Source: Bacilli bacterium (GTDB lineage: Bacteria > Bacillota_I > Bacilli_A > RF39 > UBA660). Taken from it: 64,000 nucleotides of DNA. Position numbers and translations under genes: made by a program. Positions 24,042 to 32,458 of the stretch are shown here, one piece after another (positions within the stretch are counted from its first letter, which is position 1; every line of letters begins with the position of its first letter). The stretch lies in NCBI GenBank assembly GCA_016302505.1, contig JAEDNL010000001.1, positions 7,851 to 71,850 on the forward strand. The letters run 5' to 3'. The notes beneath the pieces are model-generated. The model was not told the DNA's origin and searched no databases. It saw only the letters and a program-made list of their open reading frames with translations.

Positions 24042-24905
24042 TTAGTCATCGTATTTTGATGTAATTCCAAAATAGCTTTCCATTGTGATCCAGTCGCCGC
24101 CGTTGTATAGTGCTTTTGCTAATTCTTTGCCAACATATCTAATATGCCAAGGCTCAAAAATATATCCTGTTTCGTCGGTTTTGTTTTCTGGGTATCTTAT
24201 AATATATCCATATAGATAAGCGTTGTTAGCAACCCATTTGCCTTCTGCGGTGTCTTTAAATGATGTTGTTATAGTGTTTAGGTCAAAGGCTAATCCAGAT
24301 TGATGTTCAGAATGTCCTGGTCTTGCTGATGATTTGTCTGCTGCTGCTTTACCCTTTTTACTGACATAGCTTTCGTATAGTTCTTTTTGATAATCATAAG
24401 AACGATAGCCACTTTGAGCCCATAGGTTTAGGTTTAGGGCGCTAGCATCGTTTTTCATAAGCAGCCATGCATCATAAGCTTCCTTATTTAACGGTTCTCT
24501 AGCAAAGCCACTATTTGGAACGCTTTTAAATGTATTTTGTGGCTTCCAATCACTTGATAAGGCATAAGTTTTATTAGCTATTAAATAACCATCAACGTAA
24601 TAAGCACCATTTTCATAAGTGATTTTATATCCTTTAGAAGAAACGAATTTATCGCTTTGGTCAACTTTTTTTGTTGTGGTTGTTGCTTTTGTAGTTACTT
24701 TTGTTGTTGTAGTTGATGTTGAAGTGGTTGTCGTTTCAGTCGTAGTCGTTGTTGTAGTACTAGTTGTAGTGGTGTTATTGTTAGCAATTTTGTTATTTTC
24801 TTCTTGTTTATTATCTTTTTTGTCCATATAAATATTGTATGTTAGAAAACTTATTAGTGAAATTATTAAAATTAATAATATTATACATTTTGTTTTATTT
24901 TTCAT
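24042..24905 (-). CDS. D-alanyl-D-alanine carboxypeptidase, VanY/peptidase M15B family, with TM anchor and Thr-rich linker
   Basis: SGYRSYDYQ, SEHQSGLAFD (SxHxxGxAxD) and EPWHIRYVG. The poly-Thr linker is encoded at about 24680-24790. Confidence 0.85.
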   Translation of the reverse strand: MKNKTKCIILLILIISLISFLTYNIYMDKKDNKQEENNKIANNNTTTTSTTTTTTTETTTTSTSTTTTKVTTKATTTTKKVDQSDKFVSSKGYKITYENGAYYVDGYLIANKTYALSSDWKPQNTFKSVPNSGFAREPLNKEAYDAWLLMKNDASALNLNLWAQSGYRSYDYQKELYESYVSKKGKAAADKSSARPGHSEHQSGLAFDLNTITTSFKDTAEGKWVANNAYLYGYIIRYPENKTDETGYIFEPWHIRYVGKELAKALYNGGDWITMESYFGITSKYDD

Positions 24906-25501
24906 TTTTCCTCTTCTTTATATATTATGTTAGAATCCTTTAAAATAGGAATACTATTGATTAATTCGTTATAAGCTTTTTCATAATTATCTGTTGCTAT
25001 TTTTAAAACATTAATATTTGCTTCTTTTAGATTATCTGCTAACTTTAAGTAAGTATTTTGCTGATTAACACTGCTTTCAATAGAAAATGCTTGATATTGG
25101 TGATGCTGACGTTTTAATCTTTTTTCATAAATACTAGTGTCATTTAAATATAAAACTACATAGTAAATGTTAAAATCTAATGCGTTCAATTTTTGGACTA
25201 ATCTTTCGTAGACATCATCAAATCTATATTCTTTAAAACCTAATAAACAATAAACTTGTTCAGTGAAGAAAGTTCTATCAAATATTAAATTTAGTTCAGT
25301 GTCTTCTAATTCTTCCATATAGTTTAATAGATTTAAGTACATTCTTTTATTTTTATCATAGCCTGTTTTTGTTTTGTCTTTGATTCCTGTCAATCTATAT
25401 AGATTGGATGATGCTAAGTTGTCTCTTAAAAAATTGGCCATAGTGCTTTTACCAACACCTTGTGGGCCTTCAATTATTATTATATTGCCTCTATTTTTCA
25501 T
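24902..25501 (-). CDS. P-loop kinase (deoxynucleoside/nucleotide kinase-like)
   Basis: IIIIEGPQGVGKST Walker A, a FDRTFF (DR) block, and a LID-like KRLKRQHH. It has a 4-nt ATGA overlap with the downstream gene. Confidence 0.55.
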   Translation of the reverse strand: MKNRGNIIIIEGPQGVGKSTMANFLRDNLASSNLYRLTGIKDKTKTGYDKNKRMYLNLLNYMEELEDTELNLIFDRTFFTEQVYCLLGFKEYRFDDVYERLVQKLNALDFNIYYVVLYLNDTSIYEKRLKRQHHQYQAFSIESSVNQQNTYLKLADNLKEANINVLKIATDNYEKAYNELINSIPILKDSNIIYKEEEK

Positions 25502-26288
25502 TTTTTACCTCTTCATATTTTATATTATTTTCTTTTAAAAATTCTATTATTGTTTTGGAGTCTATGCCATAGCTGAGTTTTCTTGGACCTATATTTTTAT
25601 TGCCAACAGCTAGTCCGATAATTTCTCCTTTAGTGTTAACAATTGGTGCTCCTTGCATACCAAGTTCTATACCATCTGACATTTCAAACATAGTGATGCG
25701 ATTTTGATCATCGTAAATGTTTCTCGTAATCATTGCACTTATTGGGAAAATTGGAAAGTTCATAATTTCATTTGTAGCAATTAATTCATAATTTGCTTGT
25801 TCTTTAAAGGCTTTATATTCAGGAAAGGCAAAGCCAACTATACATACGCTTTCGCCAATTTCTTTACTTTGATAGAATTTAGGCATTTGACTTTTAAAAG
25901 TATTTTCTTTATTTTCAATTTGAATAATTGCTAAATCTAAATATTTGTGACTTATTATTTTTACTTTTCCAGGATTTTCAGCGATATCAATTAAAATATT
26001 TAAAACGGTTATTAGAGTTGTGTTTTCAATACCATATTTTTTTAAAATCTTTGCTTTTTTACGTTCGGATGTGTTTTGAATTTCTGTTAATATTGGTTTA
26101 AAAACGTCCCTTAATTCATCTTGCATTGCAAATAATGAAGCAACTTTTTTGGTAGTTAGTAAATCACCATCTTCATTTAAAAGTATCGTTGTTGAAAGAC
26201 TATTAATTAGTTTGTGGTCATAATATAGATAGCCAGAAGCTAGCGGTCTAACAAAATTCAGGGCTTTTTTTATGGCTTTTTTAAACAT
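25491..26288 (-). CDS. Trypsin-like (S1/S1C) peptidase-fold protein whose expected GxSGxP serine position reads Gln
   Basis: The C-terminal ELGMQGAPIVNTKGEIIGLAVG aligns to the G-D/N-S-G-G-P ... G.viGi pattern, with Q in place of S. Start is ATG 26288, after GGTGA. Confidence 0.45.
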   Translation of the reverse strand: MFKKAIKKALNFVRPLASGYLYYDHKLINSLSTTILLNEDGDLLTTKKVASLFAMQDELRDVFKPILTEIQNTSERKKAKILKKYGIENTTLITVLNILIDIAENPGKVKIISHKYLDLAIIQIENKENTFKSQMPKFYQSKEIGESVCIVGFAFPEYKAFKEQANYELIATNEIMNFPIFPISAMITRNIYDDQNRITMFEMSDGIELGMQGAPIVNTKGEIIGLAVGNKNIGPRKLSYGIDSKTIIEFLKENNIKYEEVKNEK

Positions 26289-26334
26289 TTTTATCACCAA
26301 TATTATTATACTTTATTTTCAAAATAAAAGATAC

Positions 26335-26517
26335 CTAATTATTATAAGTATCTTTAATAATTTGAAAAAGTCCATATACTTCTATAACTAGTGAGATAAT
26401 CATTAAGATTACACAAAATACATCATCTATTTCTAAATAACGATTTACTAATAATGAACAGACGAGGGCAATGGCACCAATAATTAATGTTATAATACCT
26501 TTTTTGTTTTTTTTCAT
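26335..26517 (-). CDS. Small two-TM membrane protein
   Basis: 60 aa with two hydrophobic helices, RBS GGGGTG. Confidence 0.45.
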   Translation of the reverse strand: MKKNKKGIITLIIGAIALVCSLLVNRYLEIDDVFCVILMIISLVIEVYGLFQIIKDTYNN

Positions 26518-26630
26518 GAATATTCACCCCATCCTTGCTAGCTAAATTATATCAAACAAGTGTTATTTTTTGCAATAATAAAGTTTAAAAAATCTTACTT
26601 ATGATATACTATTTACAGAGGCGATTATAA

Positions 26631-27038
26631 ATGGCAGAAATAATTAACAAAGGTGAAATTTTTGATATGAGTCTTGCTACTAACATTATAGATATTGTCT
26701 ATGTACTTGTATTTAAATCTTATAATGAAATATTTTTAAAATTAAATTATGGAACGTATGAATTTGTAACTCTTTATAATGATTTTGATAATATTTTAAA
26801 GTATGGTAAAGAAATAGTTACTATTATGAAATATGAAAAGGATTATCCGACTTTTGATGATAAAACAGTTTATCGTAAGCATTATGTTATTGATAAAAAT
26901 TATAATAATTATAAAAATGATAATTTAGAGTTAGTTTTAGTTAATGATTTAAAAGAAATTTTAGAAAAGAATATGTTTGATAATCCTAGCAATAGAGATA
27001 AAACTAAAGAAATGCTTGAAGTTATTGAGTATTTATAA
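26631..27038 (+). CDS. Hypothetical protein
   Basis: 135-aa ORF with coding-like composition and no motif. Confidence 0.45.
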   Translation: MAEIINKGEIFDMSLATNIIDIVYVLVFKSYNEIFLKLNYGTYEFVTLYNDFDNILKYGKEIVTIMKYEKDYPTFDDKTVYRKHYVIDKNYNNYKNDNLELVLVNDLKEILEKNMFDNPSNRDKTKEMLEVIEYL

Positions 27039-27072
27039 ATTTATAATTTTGTAATTTTTTTATGCAATAAAC

Positions 27073-27113
27073 TTAGCACTTTATATTGACAAGTGCCAAA
27101 AACGTGATATAAT
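27073..27113 (+). promoter_or_regulatory. CIRCE-like HrcA operator overlapping the promoter of ybaK-htpG
   Basis: TTAGCACTT-N9-AAGTGCCAA (27073-27099) against the CIRCE consensus TTAGCACTC-N9-GAGTGCTAA. TTGACA at 27086-27091 and TGATATAAT ending at 27113. Confidence 0.6.
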
Positions 27114-27136
27114 TTTTTCATGAAAGGTGGATAATT

Positions 27137-27610
27137 ATGTCATTAATTAAAGTTAAGGAATATTTAAAACAATACGGAATAGAAAATAGAATAGTAGAAC
27201 TTGATGAATCTAGTGCATCAGTTAAAGAAGCTGCGCATGCGTTACATACAACTGAAGCTGCGATAGCAAAGAGTATAGCCATGATGATTGATAATGAGCC
27301 ATCAATTATAGTTCTTGCTGGAGATATGAAATTAGATAATCATAAATTTAAAGAGGAGTTTCATGTAAAGGCAAAGATGTTACCATTTGAAGAAACAGAA
27401 GCAATTGTTGGTCATGCGCCAGGTGGAGTTTGTCCTTTTGGTGTAAATGAAAACGTAAAGATTTATTTAGATGAATCACTTAAAGCACATGATTTTGTAT
27501 ATCCAGCTTGTGGAAGCTCTAATTCAGCAATTAAACTTTCTTTAGATGAACTAGAAAAAATTTCAAAACCAGTAAAATGGGTAAATGTTGGCAAAGGAAA
27601 GGATGAATAG
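27137..27610 (+). CDS. YbaK/ProX-type aminoacyl-tRNA deacylase (editing domain protein)
   Basis: 157 aa with a GHAPGGVCPFG motif and overall YbaK/EbsC-like layout. Confidence 0.65.
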   Translation: MSLIKVKEYLKQYGIENRIVELDESSASVKEAAHALHTTEAAIAKSIAMMIDNEPSIIVLAGDMKLDNHKFKEEFHVKAKMLPFEETEAIVGHAPGGVCPFGVNENVKIYLDESLKAHDFVYPACGSSNSAIKLSLDELEKISKPVKWVNVGKGKDE

Positions 27611-27611
27611 A

Positions 27612-29495
27612 ATGAAAAAGAAAGAGTTTAAGAGTTCATCAAAAAGAGTACTTGATTTGATGATTAATTCAATATATACAAATAAAGAGATTTTTTTAAG
27701 AGAATTAATTAGTAATGCTAGTGATGCTGAAGACAAACTAGTGTTTAAGGCGCTTACTGATTCTTCTATAAAAACTGCATCAAGTGATTTAAAGATAGTT
27801 ATTGAAAGAGATAAAGATGCGAGAATTTTAAAAATTACTGATAATGGTATTGGTATGGATGAAAAAGAATTAGAAGAAAATTTAGGTACAATCGCAGAGT
27901 CTGGTTCTTTAAAATTTAAAGAAGAAAATAAGGATCAGAATGATACTTCAATAATAGGTCAGTTTGGTGTTGGCTTTTATTCAGCTTTTATGATAGCTAA
28001 AAAGGTTGAAGTGCTTAGTAAAAAATATAATTCAGAAAAAGCATATAAATGGGTAAGCGAAGGCACTGATGGTTATACAATTGATGAGTGCGATAAAAAA
28101 GATATCGGGACAACTATCATTATGCATTTAAAAGATGATACTGAAGATGAAAAGTATTCTGAATATTTAGAAGAGTATACTATTAGAAATATAGTTACAA
28201 AGTATAGCGATTATATTAAATATCCAATTATGATGGAAGTAGAAAATTCAAGACTTAAAGATGGGTCTAAAGATGAATATGAAACTTTTAAAGAAATGGT
28301 TACTTTAAATACTATGGTACCATTATGGAAGAAAGCTAAGAAAGATATAACTGAAGAAGAGTATAATAATTTTTATTCATCAAGATTTGGAGATTATGAT
28401 AAACCATTGAAAGTGATTCATACTAATGCTGAAGGTTTGACTAGTTATAAAGCACTTTTATTTGTACCAAGTCATGCACCATTCGATTATTATTATAAAG
28501 AATATAAAAGAGGATTAGAACTTTATACTAATGGCGTTCTTATTATGGATAAGTGTGAAGAACTGGTTCCTGAGTATTATAGTTTTGTAAAAGGTGTAGT
28601 TGATACTGATGATTTATCTTTAAATATATCTAGAGAAACGTTACAAAATGATAGACATGTAATTGCTATTGCTAAAGCTTTAGAAAGTAAAATTCATAGT
28701 GAACTTAAGGATATGCTAGAAAATGATTTTGAAAATTATAAAAAATTCTTTGAGGCTTTTGGATCACAAATTAAATATGGTATTTATAGTACTTATGGTA
28801 TGAATAAAGATAAATTACAAGATTTATTAGTTTTCTATTCTCATGAAAAACAAGATTTAATAACCCTTGATGAGTATGTAAAGAATATGAAAGATGGTCA
28901 AGAAGAAATATATTATGCTACTGGTGAAACTACTGATAAAATAGATGGATTACCACAGGTTGAACAGATTAAAAATAAAGGCTTTGATATTTTATATTTG
29001 ACTAATTATCTAGATGAGTTTACAGTTAATGCTTTAAGAGAGTTTGATGGTAAGAAATTTAAGAATGCTGCTGATAGTTCATTAGATTTAGAAACTGAAG
29101 AAGAGAAGAAAGAAATTAATAAAATTAATGAAGATAACAAAGATATGTTAAAAGAAATAAAAGAAGCGATAGGCGATGATATTGCTGATGTAAGATTTAC
29201 TAAAAAGTTGGTTAATCATCCAGTTTGTTTAACTAGTGAAGGTGATATTAGTGCTTCTATGGAAAAAGTTATTAATGCAATGCCTACTGATGAAAAAGTA
29301 AATGCTAAGCTAGTATTAGAAATTAATGAAAGTCATAGTATTTGTAATAAGTTAAAGGAATTATATAAAACTGATAAAGAAGAGTTAAAGAAATATGCGA
29401 AGATTTTATATAGTGAAGCAAGACTTATTGAGGGATTATCAATTGAAAATCCAACACAGATTTCTAATTTGATTTGTGAGATAATGGCAAAGTAA
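27612..29495 (+). CDS. htpG: Molecular chaperone HtpG (Hsp90)
   Basis: LMINSIYTNKEIFLRELISNASDA, GQFGVGFYSAFM and LNISRETLQ. Start is ATG 27612, just after the ybaK stop. Confidence 0.92.
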   Translation: MKKKEFKSSSKRVLDLMINSIYTNKEIFLRELISNASDAEDKLVFKALTDSSIKTASSDLKIVIERDKDARILKITDNGIGMDEKELEENLGTIAESGSLKFKEENKDQNDTSIIGQFGVGFYSAFMIAKKVEVLSKKYNSEKAYKWVSEGTDGYTIDECDKKDIGTTIIMHLKDDTEDEKYSEYLEEYTIRNIVTKYSDYIKYPIMMEVENSRLKDGSKDEYETFKEMVTLNTMVPLWKKAKKDITEEEYNNFYSSRFGDYDKPLKVIHTNAEGLTSYKALLFVPSHAPFDYYYKEYKRGLELYTNGVLIMDKCEELVPEYYSFVKGVVDTDDLSLNISRETLQNDRHVIAIAKALESKIHSELKDMLENDFENYKKFFEAFGSQIKYGIYSTYGMNKDKLQDLLVFYSHEKQDLITLDEYVKNMKDGQEEIYYATGETTDKIDGLPQVEQIKNKGFDILYLTNYLDEFTVNALREFDGKKFKNAADSSLDLETEEEKKEINKINEDNKDMLKEIKEAIGDDIADVRFTKKLVNHPVCLTSEGDISASMEKVINAMPTDEKVNAKLVLEINESHSICNKLKELYKTDKEELKKYAKILYSEARLIEGLSIENPTQISNLICEIMAK

Positions 29496-29518
29496 AGCAG
29501 TTAGAGCTGCTTTTTTTT
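29495..29518 (+). terminator. Terminator after htpG
   Basis: AAGCAG-TTAGAG-CTGCTT followed by T6. Confidence 0.65.
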
Positions 29519-29551
29519 GAGAACAAATAAAAAAGACTAAATTAATAGCCT

Positions 29552-29965
29552 TTAGTTTCCACAACAAGTACGACGTACAGGTTTATTACAATAGCATCTT
29601 CCGGTGATTTGACATGGAGTAAATTCTACTGTTACAAAGCAACTTTCTTCATTTAAGCAAGGACATGTATTTTCGTTAGGGATAATTTCACATGTTCCTT
29701 CCAAAGTTACGACTTCTACTTTGTTATTGCATCTATTTGTGATTTGGCAACAACAATGATTATCGTTTTGAATTAGTTCAGCTAAGTGTCCGTCTACGCA
29801 AGTTTCAAATAATAGTTTTATATTTCCGCAAAAGCAATCGCTATCATAGATGATTGGTGTACAAAATGGAGTGCCGTTATCACATAAAGTTAGAGTACAT
29901 AAATCATTATTTTGAATTATTTTCATTGCTTCTTGCATTTTTAATCTTGTAAAATTTGTGTTCAT
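29552..29965 (-). CDS. Cysteine-rich (19 Cys in 137 aa) PNPOx-like split-barrel family protein
   Basis: The N-terminal half follows the Pyridox_ox_2 pattern (..EAMKIIQNNDLCTLTLCDNGTPFCTPIIY..G.I.L.F.T...G). Start is ATG 29965, after GGGAGGA. Confidence 0.5.
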   Translation of the reverse strand: MNTNFTRLKMQEAMKIIQNNDLCTLTLCDNGTPFCTPIIYDSDCFCGNIKLLFETCVDGHLAELIQNDNHCCCQITNRCNNKVEVVTLEGTCEIIPNENTCPCLNEESCFVTVEFTPCQITGRCYCNKPVRRTCCGN

Positions 29966-30096
29966 AATTCCTCCCACTTTATTTTATGTAGGACTGCTTT
30001 TTAGACATAATGTAAATGACCTAGTTTTTAAGCGTTAATATATTAGTGATGAATTTTTTACTTGAAATTGGTATAATATAGTTAGGAGTGGTTAGG

Positions 30097-30438
30097 ATGT
30101 ATTGTACAAATTGTGGAAATAAATTAAATGGAGATGCTTATTGTTCTAATTGTGGAAAACAGATTAAGACTCATAGTAGTTTTGGTTTTGGCGTTCTTGG
30201 TTTTTTCTTTCCAGTAATAGGACTAATTTTGTTTTGCGTGTGGATAGGTAGTAGAAAGAAAGATGCTAAAAGTGCGATAATTGGAGCGATTATAGGTTTT
30301 ATTTTGCATGTTATTTTATATTTATTTATATTTTATTTTGTTGTGAGCATAATTGATAATACTGATTGTTTTTCGGTTTGTAATGGCCATTTTGAGTATA
30401 GAGATGGTGTGTGTATTTGTCAGGATGCTGTTTATTAA
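30097..30438 (+). CDS. Zinc-ribbon membrane protein
   Basis: MYCTNCGNKL...YCSNCG zinc ribbon followed by two TM helices. Confidence 0.6.
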   Translation: MYCTNCGNKLNGDAYCSNCGKQIKTHSSFGFGVLGFFFPVIGLILFCVWIGSRKKDAKSAIIGAIIGFILHVILYLFIFYFVVSIIDNTDCFSVCNGHFEYRDGVCICQDAVY

Positions 30439-30516
30439 CATTTTATAATTAGATGATCTTTTATTTACTTTAGTGCTCTTTTAGTATATAATAATTATCT
30501 TGTTAGGTGGTACAAA

Positions 30517-31503
30517 ATGAAAAAAAGCAGTAGAGCACTTAATTTAATGTTTAGATTTTATAAGGAGCATAATTTTGATCCTTTTCATTTTTTAATGGTT
30601 GGAGATTTACTTGCTAGTTATGATTTTGATGATAATTTAGTTGCTAGTGGTTATTTACTTCCTTTAATTAGAAATAAGATTTTTGATGCTTGTGAATTAT
30701 CTAGTTTAGTTGGCGGGGATGTTTCTAGTATATTATTATTAAGCACAATTCCTAAGGATATGAGTGATATTAAATTAAAAAAGTTTATTTCAGATTTACC
30801 AGATAGAGTAAAATGCTTGATTTGTGCGGATTTAATAGTTAGCTTAAAAAACGAACACGAATTGGATTTAGATTATTATTATTTACTATTTGATGCTTTG
30901 AAAAATGATTTTGATAATTTTATTATTAACTATTTATATTTTGCTTTATTAGATTATCAAAATGGTACTATAAGTAGTAGTCAAGAGGTAAAATTTGCTT
31001 CACTAAATGAGACACTAAGTAGTTTAAAACCATATGTTTTATTAATTGGTGAAGGAATTGATTCTTTTGATAGTTTCTTTTCTGAACTGTTTGTTAACGA
31101 TTTTTTGATTAGAGTAGGGACTGAACCGTATAGAAGAGGAATTTCTTTAGAAGAAAGAAATAGACTTATTAGTTATGCTTTGGATGATAGTCTTTTTTAT
31201 CAAATGTTTGGTGATAGAAGGATTGTACTCCTTCATGAAGATGTTTATGATAGATTAGTGTGGTTAAAAATTTTGGTTAATAGAAAAGAGTATACTTTAC
31301 TTGATATTAACAAATACTTTAAGAATAGTGCGGTTCTTTTAAAAAAGAACATGAATTTTTGTTATTTTGATTTTATGCAATCTATTGATGTAAATATTGA
31401 TGTGAAAAGTGCTGATTTTGAAGTTGATGTTGCTTCTTTGTTTTTGCCAATAATGAGTGTTAAGAGTTTATTACTACTAAAAGCTAAAATAAAAAATAAA
31501 TAA
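30517..31503 (+). CDS. Hypothetical protein; N-terminus resembles a degenerate RelA/SpoT-type HD domain
   Basis: PFHFLMVGDLLASYDFDDNLVASGYLLPLI ... VGGDVSSILLLSTIP ... PDRVKCLICADLIVSLKN parallels HP..VA.iLa...D...i.AalLHD ... FG..Va.lV.gvTK ... D.RV.LIKLADRLHNMR, but without the H/HD residues. Confidence 0.35.
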   Translation: MKKSSRALNLMFRFYKEHNFDPFHFLMVGDLLASYDFDDNLVASGYLLPLIRNKIFDACELSSLVGGDVSSILLLSTIPKDMSDIKLKKFISDLPDRVKCLICADLIVSLKNEHELDLDYYYLLFDALKNDFDNFIINYLYFALLDYQNGTISSSQEVKFASLNETLSSLKPYVLLIGEGIDSFDSFFSELFVNDFLIRVGTEPYRRGISLEERNRLISYALDDSLFYQMFGDRRIVLLHEDVYDRLVWLKILVNRKEYTLLDINKYFKNSAVLLKKNMNFCYFDFMQSIDVNIDVKSADFEVDVASLFLPIMSVKSLLLLKAKIKNK

Positions 31504-31522
31504 GAATCGGGTATCTCGGTTC

Positions 31523-31786
31523 TTATTTATTTGTGTTTTCATAGTAGTTGCGTTCTGATAATTCGTCTAATACTATGTTTAAATCTTCGTCTAAAGTTTC
31601 TTCATAAATTTCTTCGGCAACGTAAATTATATCTTTTAATTTTGTGTAAAGACTTGGGTCTATATCAAACCTTTTTAATACTTCAATTTGATAATTGGTT
31701 AGTGTGATGTAGTCGTTAACTTTTTGAGTTTTGTACTGATCTATATTTATGTCATTTAATAGAGATTCTATTTTAGAATTATTCAT
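31523..31786 (-). CDS. Small acidic hypothetical protein
   Basis: 87-aa ORF that overlaps the upstream gene by 8 nt. Confidence 0.45.
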   Translation of the reverse strand: MNNSKIESLLNDINIDQYKTQKVNDYITLTNYQIEVLKRFDIDPSLYTKLKDIIYVAEEIYEETLDEDLNIVLDELSERNYYENTNK

Positions 31787-32327
31787 TTTCGTTTACCAGT
31801 TCGTAAGTTGTACCACCATAGTTAATAACTAGTGTGCGGTTGTTAAACTTACCTAAGAAAGTTTCATTTGTTTCGGTTGTAAATGTATAAGAATTTTGAG
31901 CTATATCATAAGTAAATGAGCCAGTTAATGCTTGTTTAGTACAAACGTTGTCAAATATAACAAAATTAAATGTGTTTTCTTGATTGTTGATTTCTATCTC
32001 TGTGGTACCTAAAGAGCATGTTGTTGATTTTGCTTTATAGTATACAGAGTTTTCATTTCTTTTCTTGGTGGTTGTCGTTGTTGTTGATATTTGATCCATT
32101 GGAATAATTGGGTTTTCATTTTTTATTTCAAATGGATTCGGTAAGATGCCCTTACTCATTAAAAAATAAATACCAAAGACGATAATAATTAATATAAGCA
32201 AAGATGATAAAAAGTTGATAATTTTGTTAGCTTTTTTTTCTTGGTTTGGGTCAGGTAATTTAATTTCTTCTTCTTTTATTAATTTCTTTTTTAATTCAAT
32301 GTTTTCATTGTTTGGTTCATTTTTCAT
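31779..32327 (-). CDS. Membrane-anchored hypothetical protein
   Basis: 182 aa with one TM segment (IINFLSSLLILIIIVFGIYFLM), a short poly-Thr stretch and an extracellular domain. Confidence 0.5.
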   Translation of the reverse strand: MKNEPNNENIELKKKLIKEEEIKLPDPNQEKKANKIINFLSSLLILIIIVFGIYFLMSKGILPNPFEIKNENPIIPMDQISTTTTTTKKRNENSVYYKAKSTTCSLGTTEIEINNQENTFNFVIFDNVCTKQALTGSFTYDIAQNSYTFTTETNETFLGKFNNRTLVINYGGTTYELVNENE

Positions 32328-32458
32328 ATGAGCTCCTTTTTATACTTTTATTATTAAAATTAATTATATCATTTTTTACTTGCTCAATCAACAATTCTTT
32401 TGCTCTTTAAATACGAAAAAAAGTATGGTAAAATGATTATTGTAAAGAAGGTGATAGA

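Noticed and set aside
24680-24790. Apparent tandem DNA repeat (ACT/ACA/ACC runs)
   Set aside because: It is the in-frame poly-threonine linker of the VanY-like protein (TTTTSTTTTTTTETTTT...). It is a low-complexity coding region, not a CRISPR array or a satellite.
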